A DNA stretch of 63,982 nucleotides, the filler included, from Gonapodya sp. JEL0774 (lineage: Eukaryota): NCBI GenBank assembly GCA_027604505.1. It is 10 parts of 10 records of this genome, joined end to end, with 100 filler letters (N's around TTAATTAATTAA, not from the genome) between each part and the next. Parts side by side here need not be neighbours in the genome. Positions count along the whole stretch, not along the records: positions 12,991 to 19,379 come from JADIIX010000603.1; positions 19,480 to 25,850 come from JADIIX010000605.1; positions 25,951 to 32,307 come from JADIIX010000606.1; positions 32,408 to 38,763 come from JADIIX010000607.1; 6 more parts are not named here. The stretch is one strand, 5' to 3'. This document shows, one piece after another, positions 19,132 to 32,869 of the stretch. The notes under the pieces are model-generated. The model was not told where the DNA came from. It ran no database searches and saw only the letters and a program-made list of their open reading frames with translations. Every line of letters begins with the position of its first letter. The first letter of the stretch is position 1. A program made the position numbers and the translations under genes.

Positions 19132-20413
19132 TGATTTTGGTTGGGAGTGTGGAGGTCAAGATTCCAGGTCAGAAGCGGGTTTGCGTTCATCCCAGCAGAC
19201 TGTGGCCAGAATGATCCGTGCATCAACTCCGCCGGATGTTCTGTGCTATTTGGGAATATCTTCTGGCATTCTCGTGTCCTTGTGACCGCTAAAGCGATGT
19301 TATTTTGTTGTCACAGGGCACCCAGGCCTGGTCGCCCATATCTGAGAAACGGAAATGAAGATTATTGATCAATATCATTNNNNNNNNNNNNNNNNNNNNN
19401 NNNNNNNNNNNNNNNNNNNNNNNTTAATTAATTAANNNNNNNNNNNNNNNNNNNNNNNNNNNNNNNNNNNNNNNNNNNNATGATTTATTAAAGTAGTTGT
19501 TATCTACGGTTCTGGCGGCAAGTACGGTGTGGTGTGATGAGTCCAGGTGCAGTGCGGTGTATAACACAGTGATGAACTCTAAGAACCCATCATGGACTGC
19601 TCATACCAACTAATTAAACCGCAGGAAGCATCTGATTGCCTCCAAATTAAAAAGGAAACTTTACCTCACACCATTCTGAAGTGCGTGAAAATCCGCCATA
19701 ACCAGACAATAGGACAGCTGGCCGGAGGGGGGTATGTGGTCCACGTGGTACTGACTTATGGGTACTATTCATTAAACTACATGCTCAGACACCATTTATG
19801 CCTCTTATGGCCCAATGCAAGAGTTCGGAACAAATTGTTGGCTTCTACGCGTCCTAACCCCCCGACCCGTGAACAGGTGTCAGACATCTGACACCATCCT
19901 GAAACCACCCAGAAACCGGTCAGTGTCAGGGCTGGTATCTGACGCCTGACACAGCTACCCCTGACATTGCTTGATGTCAGGACCCTGAAATCAGGGACTT
20001 TTTTCCTGTGAGGTTTGCCAGTTGCGCGAACACAAAGCATTTTGATGGTGCGATGCGCAGTCTGGCTTCCAGGGACCAGTCCTCACATGCTTTCAGAGTG
20101 CCGGGGAGAGAGAAGACCCCTGCATAAGCCCTCACTTATTGGGGGTGGTGTTCCGCAACAGAGCGCAGTGTTGTATACCTGTGCCACTGGGTGGCGACAG
20201 ACTATTACAGATACCCACATGTACTAGAGACGCTAACAAAATACGTACAAACACTTGAGACTACGTCCGGACCCGCGGGACCGTCGCGGTAGCACAACAG
20301 CTCTATCATGCATGTAAACAACACTTTGTCTTCGAATGAAAGCACCATTGCTGTGACCAGCATTTCTCTATTGACCGCCTTTTTACACAAGTTTACTCTC
20401 CTCTTATTTCTCG

Positions 20414-22034
20414 CTAATCATCAAACGTAATCACAGCCCGGAACCTGACCTTGTTCGCCTGCCATTAACAACTCACGTCAGCATCCCAATTCCAATTACC
20501 ACGCTCCATGTTAACTCTCCAACTCACCATCATTTTCTCATACGCCTCCTGGTACTGCTCCAGCTTGAACGTCTCCACCATGGTCTGCACCCCCGTGAGC
20601 TGCGCGAACTTGACAGTGTCTTCCCAGTCTCGGGCGGAGCCACCCGCCCAGGCTGTGACCTACATTGAGTGGAGTCAGACGACAGTTGTCAAGCTGGTAG
20701 TTGCGACGACTGAGTGACTGAGCTGACCTTGCCCCAGTTGTTGAGCAACGTCATCATGTCAATCTTGGACTCGCCTGGTACTACCGCAACCACGAGAACG
20801 GTACCCCTCCACCCGAGCCCGGGCACCAGCTGTCGTATCAACTCGTGGTCTGGAGCTGTGACCACAATGACCTATGTAAAAGTGTCAGCTTGTGTGGGAT
20901 GCTGAAATGCTGAATACGAGGTCAAAAACAGCCCACCTTTGCTCCGCCTAGCTTCTTCAGTTCCGCCACGGGGTCTTGCTTGGACGAGTCGATGTAGTTG
21001 TGCGCGCCGAGCTTCAATGCGAGGTCCCGCTTTGCCGCTGACCCAGATATTGCGACAGTGCGGTAACCGGCCTTCGCTGCGAACTGAATGCCAAGATGGC
21101 CCAAACTGCCAGTAGAAAGTTGTTCGAGTCTGCCCTGTACCGTTGCGAGCTCAAACTTCCACACGCAACTCACCCTCCTACACCTGCGATCGCCACCACG
21201 TCACCAGGTCTCACCTCCTCTGTGTGCCGCAGTCCGTTGAACACCGTAACACCGCCGCACATGTGGGGGGCCGTCTTGGCAGGGTCGATGTCGTCAGGAA
21301 GGACAGCGACCGAAGTGTCGGGCGCTGTGACGTATTCAGCATGGCCGCCATCGAACTGGGAGGTTAGGGGGGTCGTGAAAGGAGTCGGAAACCACGACGT
21401 TTTCGGAGGTAACAAAGGAAGGGAAGCTCACGTGAATTCCGGTGACTTTCGTATTGACGCAGTTGGCAAAGAGGCCGTCTTGGCACGCTGGGCATGTCCC
21501 GTCCCAACCATAAGTCCTGAAACAGATTTGGCATATGATTTAGGTGGGAGCCACGTCTTTGATGGGCAAACATCAACTCACCAGCCAACTCCAACAATCT
21601 GTCCGATTTCAAACTTAGGAGCGACGTTGGGGCCGAGGGCAACGATTTTGCCAAGGATCTCGTGGCCGGGAACGCGGGGGTACGCTGAGAATCCAACACC
21701 GTCAAGGTCCTGTCAGATGGGCGTGTGCGAACCGAGAAAGACAAAGATTGAGAACTCACGTTGCTTGTACCAGTTTTGATGGGTGAACATATCCGAATGA
21801 CAGATGCCGCTCGCTGTTACGGTGGTGAAATCATGAGAGCATTGGCACATATCGCCCCCGCCCAAAAAAACGCTTTCTCTGGGACATCAGCACACCTTTG
21901 ACTTTTATCAAGACATGCTTCTCCGGGGGATTCGGATTCAACGGCCTCGTCTCAATAACGGCTGGTTTTCCTGGTTCCGTGATTACCGCGCACTTGTAAG
22001 TGGAGGGGAGACTCGGAGCCGCGACTAGTGACAT
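20414..22034 (-). CDS. Zinc-dependent alcohol dehydrogenase (MDR family), multi-exon
   Basis: GICHSD, PGHE, VGVGW, structural-Zn cysteines, APHMCGGVTVFN, GVGG|LGHLGIQFA, and C-terminal KVRFRAVITFDD*. Confidence 0.93.
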
Positions 22035-22652
22035 GAAAATGATTGTAGTTTGGTGATACGAAGAACGATTGGGAGTGAAATTGCCGAATCGATGCTCATA
22101 TAAAGCTGGGGACGGGAACAATTGGAAAGTTCGTCGTTGCCGACATCATTCGAAACTTTTCGTAATCGTCTCGGCGACATTTTGCTCGCAAAAAAGTTCA
22201 TCCAGTTGGTATTCGTCTCTGATTTGTCCGATGGTATTGCTTGACGATCCTTTGGGACACCGATGGGGTGGCATCGATGGGAGAACCGCATTCTCGTGAT
22301 AACGCTCCCAGAGATCGACCGAATCGACCGTCAGAAATATAGCTAGGTTGAATAAATGGAGGGATCGAAGACGGGCGAGCGAGTAAATGCCATTTTCGTA
22401 GTGTCCAGAGGTGCTGTGAACAGCAGATTAGCTGGAAACCAGTTTTAGCCTTTGCACTAATCAAAAATCTCAATTCTCCTCCCATATTACTATGCATGCT
22501 TCATATCCCGGCATGACGTGAAAACCCCCACTGTGCTTTGACCTGTCGAAGTGTTCATCAATGTGCACTGTATTTTGATCTCTTTTCCGATCCAGCAAAT
22601 ATGAATTCAAATCTAAGCTTCCGGTTCTACCAAACAACCAGAAGAATAGTTC

Positions 22653-25647
22653 TCAGTTAGTGACAACCACCGGAGTGGACGCAGAACACGTATAGTATTC
22701 ACCAATAGTAACTCCCCTCTTGATCTTACCCCAACCGACCAACCTAAAGGAATGGAATGAGATCAAACGGATCAATTCGTCGCTGTAGTTCCATCTTTGG
22801 GTCGCGATCGACCGCGAATAGACACTAGCGTCCTCCACCACGAGGTACCCACCGCCAATGTTTGTCGATACGTCGACTCAGCGCAATCTTTTCGTTGACT
22901 TCGGTGCAAGCGGGGCTAGTCAGCAAAATTTTCGCAAGATCTGCTTTGACGGATACAACACGACCGCCGGTGGCTGTAGAGCCGATGTTGACCATGAGGA
23001 TTTCCCCCTTTGCGAGTTTTTCAATCTGCAGCAACGAACGAGAGAGATGTAGACAGCAATTTCAGAAACTGAATTTGCTAAAATAGGTTTGATAGCAGGG
23101 ATGGACGCGCGATGCGTAGATCGACAAGAGGCCAATGCGGAGATTCGGGCAACCGCCATATTTCCCATTGCAACATGCGTCGAAAGACATGGCATAAATG
23201 GGGTCATCTCCTCAGTCTGTAATACTCACCTTAGTCTGTTTTTTATCATCCGTCTTGACACCAAGCAATCTTCTGAGGAGGAAGTAGTTGATTTCCAGTT
23301 CCGTGTAGATTTGCGGTAACAGCCCCACAGCCCCAAGAACTTGTCCGACGAGACGGTCGGCACGGCAGAGTGTGGGGTCGGTTTTGGTACCGACACCTGT
23401 GTGGAGGCGGTGGGGGAAAACGTGCACCGGTTTTACAAGGTCATCCGGTGGGTGACTACGTGTCATTGCAGCACACGTACCAATCAAGCCACCAGGAACA
23501 GCGTATTTCAAATCATTCGTTTCGGCCAGTAAGCTCTGAATCCTCGAGAAAATCGGCCTGCACTTTATCCTTCCCTCCCCGTCCTTGCTTACAATCCCTG
23601 GCCGGACTTCAATCTCATCGCCCACCCTCAGCACCCCTTGCAGAATGGATCCACCGGCCACACCACCCTTCAGATCCGCCACCTCAGCACCAGGCTTGTT
23701 GATGTCAAACGACCGGATAACAATGAGGCGTGGGGTGTCTGCAAAGTTTCGAGGGGGGACTGGGATCTTCTTACAGATATACTCAGCGATAACATCGATG
23801 TTGTACTTGAGTTGCGCAGAGATGGGAATGATTGGTGCGCCGTCAGCGACAGTGCCTTGAAGGATACATCGAAATGGGAGTGCAAGAGAAACAACAAAAG
23901 TGTTGGGGTAGGTATGAAAGAAGAAGAAATTGACGAACGTTCGTTTAGAGCCCCAGACCCGACTTCCTGGCTGCAGCAGTTTCTAGTCGCTCCACGTGCG
24001 GCGATCCAAATAAAAGAGACATCAAAACCTTTCACAAACGTAGCCCTCTTCATTCGAGGAGCACGCTTCGTTACAACTCTGCTCTTGAGTTTCCTCCCCG
24101 CAATTGTTCCCGCTACATCTTAAACCGACCCCCTTTATCTTCATAGGCTTACGTACCCTTGACAAACTCTAAAATCTGCTGTTTTTGCATAATTGCCGCC
24201 TCCTCCTTGACCAAATCTATCTTGTTCTGTACCACAATCACATTCTTGAGTTTCATAATCTGGATGGCCGCGAGATGTTCCGAAGTTTGGGGTTGGGGGC
24301 AAGACTCGTTGGCTGCCACGAGCAAGAGCGCAGCGTCCATGACCGCGGCGCCGTTGAGCATAGTAGCCATGAGAATGTCGTGCCCGGGACAGTCGACAAA
24401 AGAGACGTGGCTGGGTTGGAGGTGCAACTTAAGTTTAATATCACCACGAAATATGTAGCCCATCGGCGCGCGAACACCAAAATAAGGGACCTTAAGACTG
24501 CCAACGATAACAACCAAAAAAAAACGCGCCTCCCTAAAGTCTGTTCGAAACGCCCCCATTAGGATTGCAACACCCACCGTACCAACATCATTCTACCTTC
24601 ACAGGTCAACCTTTCGCACGGAAAGCCCTCTGGTTGACTGCTGCGAGCAGATTTGTAGCAGCCTGGACGTGGGCAGGCTGGGTTTGAACATTTGAAGATC
24701 TAAAATGATTTCGGGTTGAAAATAGTGCACTTGACCAAATGCATGAATCCGAAACATGTATCGAAACAACCAAGGAAGAGCGCCCGGTGCGTTCTTTGCT
24801 CCAACAATGTGGGACTGTTGTCCGGTATCTCCATGCCTCCACCGAAGCAGCACGCGCTTCGGTTTTATTTCGATGCTTTGGATCTTGCCCATTGTATGGT
24901 CAAACCTGAAGGAATGCCCCACTGACCTTGGCATTCGCGTATCCCAATTTGATGGTGATGTTTCTCTCCAATTCATTCTTGAACCTGACGGTCTGCACAC
25001 CGGAAATAGCTTTGACGACCGTGGATTTGCCGTGAGCCACATGACCAATCGTGCCTGTAGATTTGTTGGAGTGATTTTTGCGCATTTGTTTAGTTTGTTC
25101 GCGCAGTCGAGCAATGAAGGAGGGATGAGAAAAGACGTCACCATATCAGATATCGCAGAGATTCGTGTACGTTAGCGATGGTGCTCGAAGGAAGTGTTGC
25201 TTGTGTGTTGTTCCCTTCCGTCCTCCCACTTGCCCGAGGAGAAATTGTTCACCCTCCTAACGGGAAGACCACAGGGCCCATCAAGCGCTGTGAACTCATC
25301 GAGTCACGTGCCATAGTTTTTCTCCTCGTCCACCTCAGTTCTTCGCAGGATCTCAACGCCATTCTGTCTGTTTCAACCAAGTCCACCACACCATACTTTC
25401 TGTCCACGGGTTCAATATGCACAGCTCGCATCTGACTGCTCGCTGGTCTCTGGGAATTCATTCTCTTGCCCCTTTCATGGTTCGCTCCTGGCCGGGTCCT
25501 CTTGCGAGAAAGTCTTTTCTACTCACCAATATTTATCGTAGCCTGTCTGTGAATGACCTCCGGGCTGAGAGGATTAAGCTGCGTTGGATCGATATCATCT
25601 GGCTGCTCGGGAAGCACAAGCGGCTGAAGGCTGTCGGTGGAGGTCAT
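22653..25647 (-). CDS. GCD11: Translation initiation factor eIF2 gamma subunit, ~8 exons
   Basis: [87 protein letters not shown]. Confidence 0.98.
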
Positions 25648-25950
25648 GGTTTTTGTGGTTGTTGGCAGTGGGAGTGGTTCGTTATGCAAACTGCTGGCTG
25701 GGCGAGTCAAAGGAAGTCTGTGCAAGGCTTCTTTGTATGTCCTCGACAAAACACTCCCTAGACGTACAAAAAATGTATGACTACTAGGACCAACGGAGGA
25801 TATGCAGACTTCCCTTGACAGAAAACTGCGCACCGCTGGTACTTGATTTGNNNNNNNNNNNNNNNNNNNNNNNNNNNNNNNNNNNNNNNNNNNNTTAATT
25901 AATTAANNNNNNNNNNNNNNNNNNNNNNNNNNNNNNNNNNNNNNNNNNNN

Positions 25951-28900
25951 TTCAAATGGCGAGTCGCTGCCTGCCGGGTTCGCCAAAAACTCGGAAATCA
26001 AAAGAACGGGCAGCGATGTAACAGGAGAACCACTGTCAGGATGAACAAACAGGAATCAAAGGTGATCGCAGTTTGTCTTGTCGGTGAGGCATACTCACGT
26101 TGCTGTAGCTGTGTTGGTTGTGGTGGTTTCAGGAGGTTGTACACTCGTAGCCGTGACTAGGATTTCGGTTGTGGAAGTTTGGGTGTCCGAGAATGAAGAT
26201 TGAGAAAGAGTTGAAGAGCTTGGAAGGCCCACAGTTGAAGTCCCAATTGCAGAGGTCGTGATTGAAGTGGATATCTCTGAAGCTGGGGTGCTGCTATGCG
26301 CGAACGACAAGTGTGATCAATCCCGGACTGACATCGTTGTTCCATTATACACACCTTGCTGGCGCTACAATAGTGGTCGTGCTGAAGAGCAACAAGATGA
26401 TGAGATTCACTATAATTCAACATTTGCAAGATAGACAGGTGACCTCACGAGCTAGCTGTCACGGTCAACAGAAAACATGAATCAAACTGTGTGCGTGTAA
26501 ACTTATAGAGGGCCTTCACTACGGCGTCGTCTCGTGCGAGGTACACGTAGTCCTGAGTAAACGTGATTCCTTCGATACCCTGTAGTGACCATTAGGCTTA
26601 TTAGTCTTTAGAGAGTGCCGTGACGAATGATGTGCCGCACCTTCACAAAATACCCATGACGGAAGGCAACTGGAACTTTTGATCCGTCGGTGTTTCCGGC
26701 GTCGCTACTCAAATACACAGCGGCAACCGCTGGATCCAACGTATCAAGGGTGACTGCCTCGTACACTGGTAGAGAGAAGCTTGATGATACAGATTGCCAA
26801 AAATGAAAGATAGCTTCCTGTGACTCACACATATCGTGGCCGAATGTAATATATTGGCCGCCCCAGAATGTTATGGTTGAAACATCGCGTGAGAGGACCG
26901 GTTTGACAGTTCCCAACGGCGTTACAATGCCCGATGTTAGATCGATGGTGTAGCGATAAATGAGGGATCCATTGGTAAATTCGAATTGAGGTGCGCAGAA
27001 CCAGAACCCGTTGGTGGGTGAATTGGATGAGGGAACAAACGCGATCGACTCTGTTCCTATGCAACCAGGAAGCGTGAAAGATCGAATTATTGTCTTTGTC
27101 AGTAAACTCCACTCGTGGACAATCGTATCCTGAGAGCCCACTGTCTCGACACTGGCATAGGCGAAGTCAGCTGGATAGATCAACACCGGCCGCGAGTGGA
27201 AATCAATAATACGCTCAAAATACTTTCGATCTGGCACTCACGTCGTCCGGGGACCACTGTTACTCCTTCTAAATCTGCACCTGCGTCGATAGTAAACACC
27301 TGAGCGTTTGATCCGTCGCTATTCATAATCCCGATGCGCCCTATCGCAAAATCAATCTCCTTCAATGAACCTTCTGGCTCATTCCAAGGTTGTGCGCGCA
27401 CCTTCATCATCAATCATGAGCACCTTGTTTGTATCAGGATTGAACGTTAAATCAGAGGGTTCTATTTGCGGAGTGGACGCGAAAAGCGACACGAGGTCGG
27501 TAGCGTTTGTACACGAATCAGGTCTAAGAGAGAACCGAATTTAGGGCACGTTGCGTGTTATAGAGTGACAGCAACGTACAATGGGCTTGGGAAGACAGGC
27601 GGTGTGGTGCTGTTGGACAATAAAGGTGGTGAGGCCAGGTTCCCCAAGCACGAGAGATCCTGTGTAGGGTTTGGCTGCCCAAGGGTCGAGGCAACGGTTC
27701 CCATCACCCAATTTCCAGATGTTCGGAGGGCTACTGCTTCCGTAGGAGATGACGGACACTTTGTGAAGTACTGAGGGGCATTCACAACGATCGGCAATCA
27801 GAACGACATCTGCCTCCCATCTGTCTTGTCACCTAAGTTACGTACAGCGTTGGGACTTGGAAGGAGAAGGTCCGCAATACCGCTTGGAGCGGCGGTAGTG
27901 TCGGTACCATATCTGCAACCAAGATTGATGAAGAGGGTTACTGACTTTATGTAAACCGTTCGGAAAGACATACCTTATAAAATCGATGTACACATTATCA
28001 GTTCCAGTCGATAGACAATTTGCTCCTGCGACGACCACTTGAAAAATGAGAAACGACCGAACAGAAGAACCCAGACAGTACCTGTTGTGTACAGATAAAG
28101 CGCATCTGCAGAGGAAGACAGCCCAGAATTTGGAGTACCACCAAGTCCGTCAGAGGAAAGCAAGAGACCAGAGGACGTGACTGCAGATCCATCTCCGGTT
28201 TCAAGCATCATCGTCCAGTCGCCGTCAGCAGGATTCACCGTGACGTCAGCAACAACTCCAGGTACAAAAAACTGCACCCAAATGCCGATAAGAGTGCCTT
28301 TTGGGATGCTCTGGAACCACGGCGAGTCCGTAAACACAATGACCGACTCTCCGGTGTTCAGAACACCTCCAACTATTTCATTATCGGAAATGCGGAGGCC
28401 GCGAAGGTCCGCACCGTCCTTGACCACCAGAAGTTCGATGAAGTCATTCCCTTGGCCGTTGAATGCGTTAAATACTACATCTCCTGGTGACAGTCCACTA
28501 TATGGTAAGAAGTGACGCATCAGAAAGGCTGTGAAGACCGAATGACTCGATTACTGAAAACATTACTTGTAGCATGACGGAGAGGCAGTTGTTGTGAAGG
28601 TAGCGAAGGTCGTCGAGGTGGAGGGTGGCGTGGTTGTAGGGGAGAAAATGGTTTCAGTTAGTTGGACTATAGTAGACGTCTCTGCTATGGATGTTGAAAA
28701 TGCCAGAGGATTAGTGGTTTGAACAGGCTCGGCGGAGGTCTCCGTGAAACTCGTTGAAACAACAGCGGTCGTCGTTACAAAAGGGGTTGTGGCAGTTTCA
28801 GAGACGCTCGTTGTGGCAATCGTGCTTATCGCTGGCAGTATTGTTGTCGTTTCACCGTTGATAGTCGTTGTCATTGGCCTCAAGACATTCACTGAGTGAG

Positions 28901-30243
28901 CGAATGAATATGTTGGTAGGATTCCAGCGTTCTTCCCCCACCGCCTTGCAATACTCACAGCCTGTTGCTTTGTTATCGTTCACCCACGATGTCACCGCCA
29001 AGAGAGACCAGGTGCGTGCCGTTGTCCATTTGCCCGACGACACATCAAAAACACCATTAGAAGCTGTTACGATTTGGCTTCGGGAAGTAGCGGAACCCTT
29101 AGAACAAAATAAATGTGCCGCGTCAGAGATATTCTCACTCTGAGGCAGGATCTGGTCCGGTGAAGCTGGTAGTTCAAGGCAATGAATGAGAATCTCCCTC
29201 CTTCAAATGCTGACGGCACTCTTTACCTCGTGAGCTGCAAGGTTCCGCCAGAATACTTGTCGTTGATTGGTAGTTGATAACCTCCGACACTAACGAATGC
29301 AGTTCCGACTGCAGTGCCGTAGAAAATGGCATCCACGGGAGTCGTTGTACTCGTTACTTGACTGATAGGAACGTTGAATACTGCGATGGCGTCAGCGTTG
29401 GAGCTTTCGAACGCATACATATAAGAAGGTTATGTAACATTGGATTGAGTTTTTCACGTTCCGAACTGCACTTACCCGCCGTTGCCCATGACACCGGATA
29501 ACGCCGCAGTGCCAAAGCTGTCTCCGCCAGTGGTGCCTGTGTTAATAACGCGCAACTTCTGTCCCGTGGGCCTGTGTTCGCGCGCCGTCCCGTCAAACTC
29601 AGGTTACAAAGCAAACGCAGAGCTTCATCTTACGCCATCGAGGTTCCACCAACGTAGCCGACACTCCCAGCTGTGATTACCCCGCTATTGATGTTGAAAC
29701 CGTATGTCACCTGTGGGAGGACAGTATTGCAGACCCTTCCGTTGAAACTCAGGCAAGCGGATGGTACTCACTCCACCGCCCTGGATCCAACCATTAGCAT
29801 TTGCACCTCCATTGTTCGCCCATATGACACTCCACGGTGTGATGGAAAAATCAATATCCTCGGTTGCAACCAACTCAACCTGATCGAAGTCGAGAAAGAC
29901 GGCATCCAGAAATGCATCGAGATCGTTTTCACGCATCTCAAACTACTCATCACGAACCCATTCATAGGGAGAGTCGCTTCCATTGGGATTGGGTAAAAAT
30001 TCGCTGATGAGCAGGGCTGATGTCAGCGGTGAAGATTTAACACATCCATCCCGACAGCGATTGCGAATGAGCGTATTTGCAAATTATGAGGAAGTGCATC
30101 AAGGGAATCAAAAATCAGGGATCGGATGATGCGTTCCGGGACATCTGATGGAATGATGGTTCACCTGGTGCAGCACTGGTGGCTAGTGGTGTGATGACAC
30201 TGAGGCAAGTCGCCAGAAGCGCTCCAATCCGAGAAACACGCAT
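25951..30243 (-). CDS. Large secreted modular protein: signal peptide, lamin-tail-like domains, Ser/Thr linkers and an SdiA-regulated/YjiK-like beta-propeller; 3'-partial, >15 exons
   Basis: Exon 1 is MRVSRIGALLATCLSVITPLATSAAP. It is followed by LLISEFLPNPNGSDSPYEW|VELV..., a Thr-rich linker, GDVVFNAFNGQGNDFIELLV..., then IEPSDLTF / DLEGVTVV / GIEGITF propeller-type repeats and a second Thr-rich linker. A second LLISEFLANPAGSDSPFE copy starts at the contig end. Confidence 0.8.
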
Positions 30244-32407
30244 CGCGAATGCCCAATGTCAGCCCCCACAATCCAATACTTCAGAAGGGGAGTCGGAAAG
30301 CTCAAAGAAAGGAGGGTCTGCCTCAAGAGAAACCTCGAATTCATTTCTTCTGGTCGGATCATGCGCCCCACGTGCTATGAGGTATCGCCGACAGCATTTC
30401 TCGATTTGGAAGTTTTCGGCAATGCCACCTTAGCACACATTTACGTTGTACTCCTGCCGGTGTTACAATATCAACGAATATTCATGAAAGTGCCGGTTGA
30501 GTGTCAACTGGAAGGCTCCTTCCAACAGATGTGCTTCCAAAATCTTTTTCGTGACCTGCCCGTCTTCCATTTAGGTACATTTGGAGGAGTACACTCATCC
30601 TGTTGGACTGTCGGACCCATTTGTCGATTCAAAATCATAATGTTGCACCGGCCCTCACTCCGCGCCTTCCGATGCGGTGCCCCGCAAACAAATCTTCCTC
30701 CCTGTGCAATATATGTAGGCGATGATAAAGGTTATACTCATTCAGATACTGTTATACAGAACCCCCTCGCTCGTGTTTTGTTTTTGTCCTTTGATTCTCC
30801 TTACTGCGTCAAGCTGGTAGTACATATACCGAGTACTAAAGGGTCACTGGGTTTCCCCGGCCTCGTGCGTTGACCTCTCGGATTTCCAACAAAGCTTCTC
30901 GATTCAATGTTTCACGTGAGATTTAGGCGATTGGAATATCAAAGTGGCCAGACCAAGTGTGAGTGGACAACTTCGATGCCCGGATTGGCGACGCGACGGG
31001 CGGAATCGAGAGTTCATTTCACTCCATCAACCTCGCAACAGACGCGTCGGTTACGTCTGAGCTGAGCTTCATTAAGCGGCGGGGAGGCTGAGTGTGAGCT
31101 GCAACGGTGAACCAAACCATGTCCAGACACACATGTGTGAAGGGACGGATTGCACTCACCATCCAGGCATTGGCAATTAATGTGAGCCAAATGACTGAAG
31201 GCGTTTTACGTGATTCCTCAACTTGAAAAGAAAGAAACTCTTTGGTTATCGAGGAAATGGTCCGTGAAGTTGTGAATGTGTCCTACAATCACTGGCCCTT
31301 GTCTTCTTGGGGACCTGCGGGGAGCGAGGAGTGACATCTGTGGGGAGGGGGCAATAACGGGTCTGCATGATGGATATGGGAAGTGGCATAACATAGACGC
31401 TACGGTGGGAACAGACGGGCCCGCGGAAATTGAGGGATGGGAGAATCGAGGTAACGGCCAAGTTGGCAGTTCTACGTCACCGTTCGACTTCGCATCACAT
31501 TTTCTGTTCGTATACTGGGAGAGCCACTTCACCTCGTTCGTGGCTTTCCAGGTGCACAGCCCAGGTCTCAACCTTCCGACACTGGCCTCCACTCGCTGGC
31601 CAACTTCCTCGATTATATACCAGTCACATTCTGAGTTTTGAATATAGCTGCAAATCCAGATCTCCTAACCCATCCGACAGAGTACTCACAATTTTCATGC
31701 CCATTTGCAGACCAGATTTTTGACTTTCATGGCTTACAATCGGACACAGCGTTGTTTGTGGTTGGACCAATAAATATCAGGTTAAAATCACTCGGCCAAA
31801 ATCATTCCGAATGATTTCTCTTTACTTTGAGGCATGCGACGACAATCGGCCGACATCAGTCCATTTCCTTCCGGTCATGTATTAATATCAGGGACGGGTG
31901 AACAGTTGCACAAGTCACATTGGCTCGAGAGAAAACCGCTCCAGTCGAGGTCCTATCTACCACCTATCAATCACTCATTCCATTTTGACCGAGATTTCCA
32001 TCTGTTTTCATGTCCATTCGCCATCACTGGGCCAGAACGGTGTCATTTGCAGGGTGAGCCCAAAACATGAGAAGAGGGAGAGGAGCTCAGACATCGATGG
32101 CCGATGATTGGAATTCAAGAAAACACATTTCTCCTGCCATCCAGTCCGAGTTAAAGAAGTCGAAAACGTGACTTGAGTCCGGTTAAAATAGTTGGATGTG
32201 TGTTTCGTTGGGTCCCCTGCCTCTGTCCAGATCGGATAACAGAATTCTGGGGCACCCCATATGGGGTGGTCCCTGCTTCGGATGCTTTGCCACACCCCAG
32301 ATGAGAANNNNNNNNNNNNNNNNNNNNNNNNNNNNNNNNNNNNNNNNNNNNTTAATTAATTAANNNNNNNNNNNNNNNNNNNNNNNNNNNNNNNNNNNNN
32401 NNNNNNN

Positions 32408-32869
32408 GGAGTTATGACATCCCATCTCCGATTTCCCTTGGAGGGTTGAAAGAGTTCAGGATGACCTGCACTCCGTTGAATTATAGCCCGATCTAGCTCA
32501 CGGGGAGATCGTCCCAGGGTATCCAACAGCTGGTCACCTTGACACTCCACACTCCACACACTATTCTCGAAGCGCTTTTCTCGGGCTTCTTAGCAGCTTC
32601 CTTGTACCCGCGTCATCTTGGGCTTCCCCCGCCGCAGATCCAAGCCCAACCCCACGGACAAACGCACCTTGCCGTCTGACCAATCCTGCATTTCTATTTC
32701 CATAGCTTCGTTCCGTCACCGCAATATCAATCTCCCGCCTGCTTGAGAAGCTGAAGGAGCCCGCCAAGAACACCAGGATGAGACTGGTTCCCAGAACCGC
32801 AAGAGCGGCGAAAGCGCCCCGACGGAAACGACGTGGGGCCGATCCCTGGGTAACAACGTCGTGATCCAT
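32408..32869 (-). CDS. Hypothetical type II membrane protein, 5' fragment
   Basis: MDHDVVTQGSAPRRFRR followed by hydrophobic GAFAALAVLGTSLILVFLAG, a probable intron, and then the contig end. Confidence 0.45.

Noticed and set aside
30256..32307. ORFs of 100-205 aa upstream of the secreted-protein gene
   Set aside because: No protein-like composition, motifs or coherent splice pattern.
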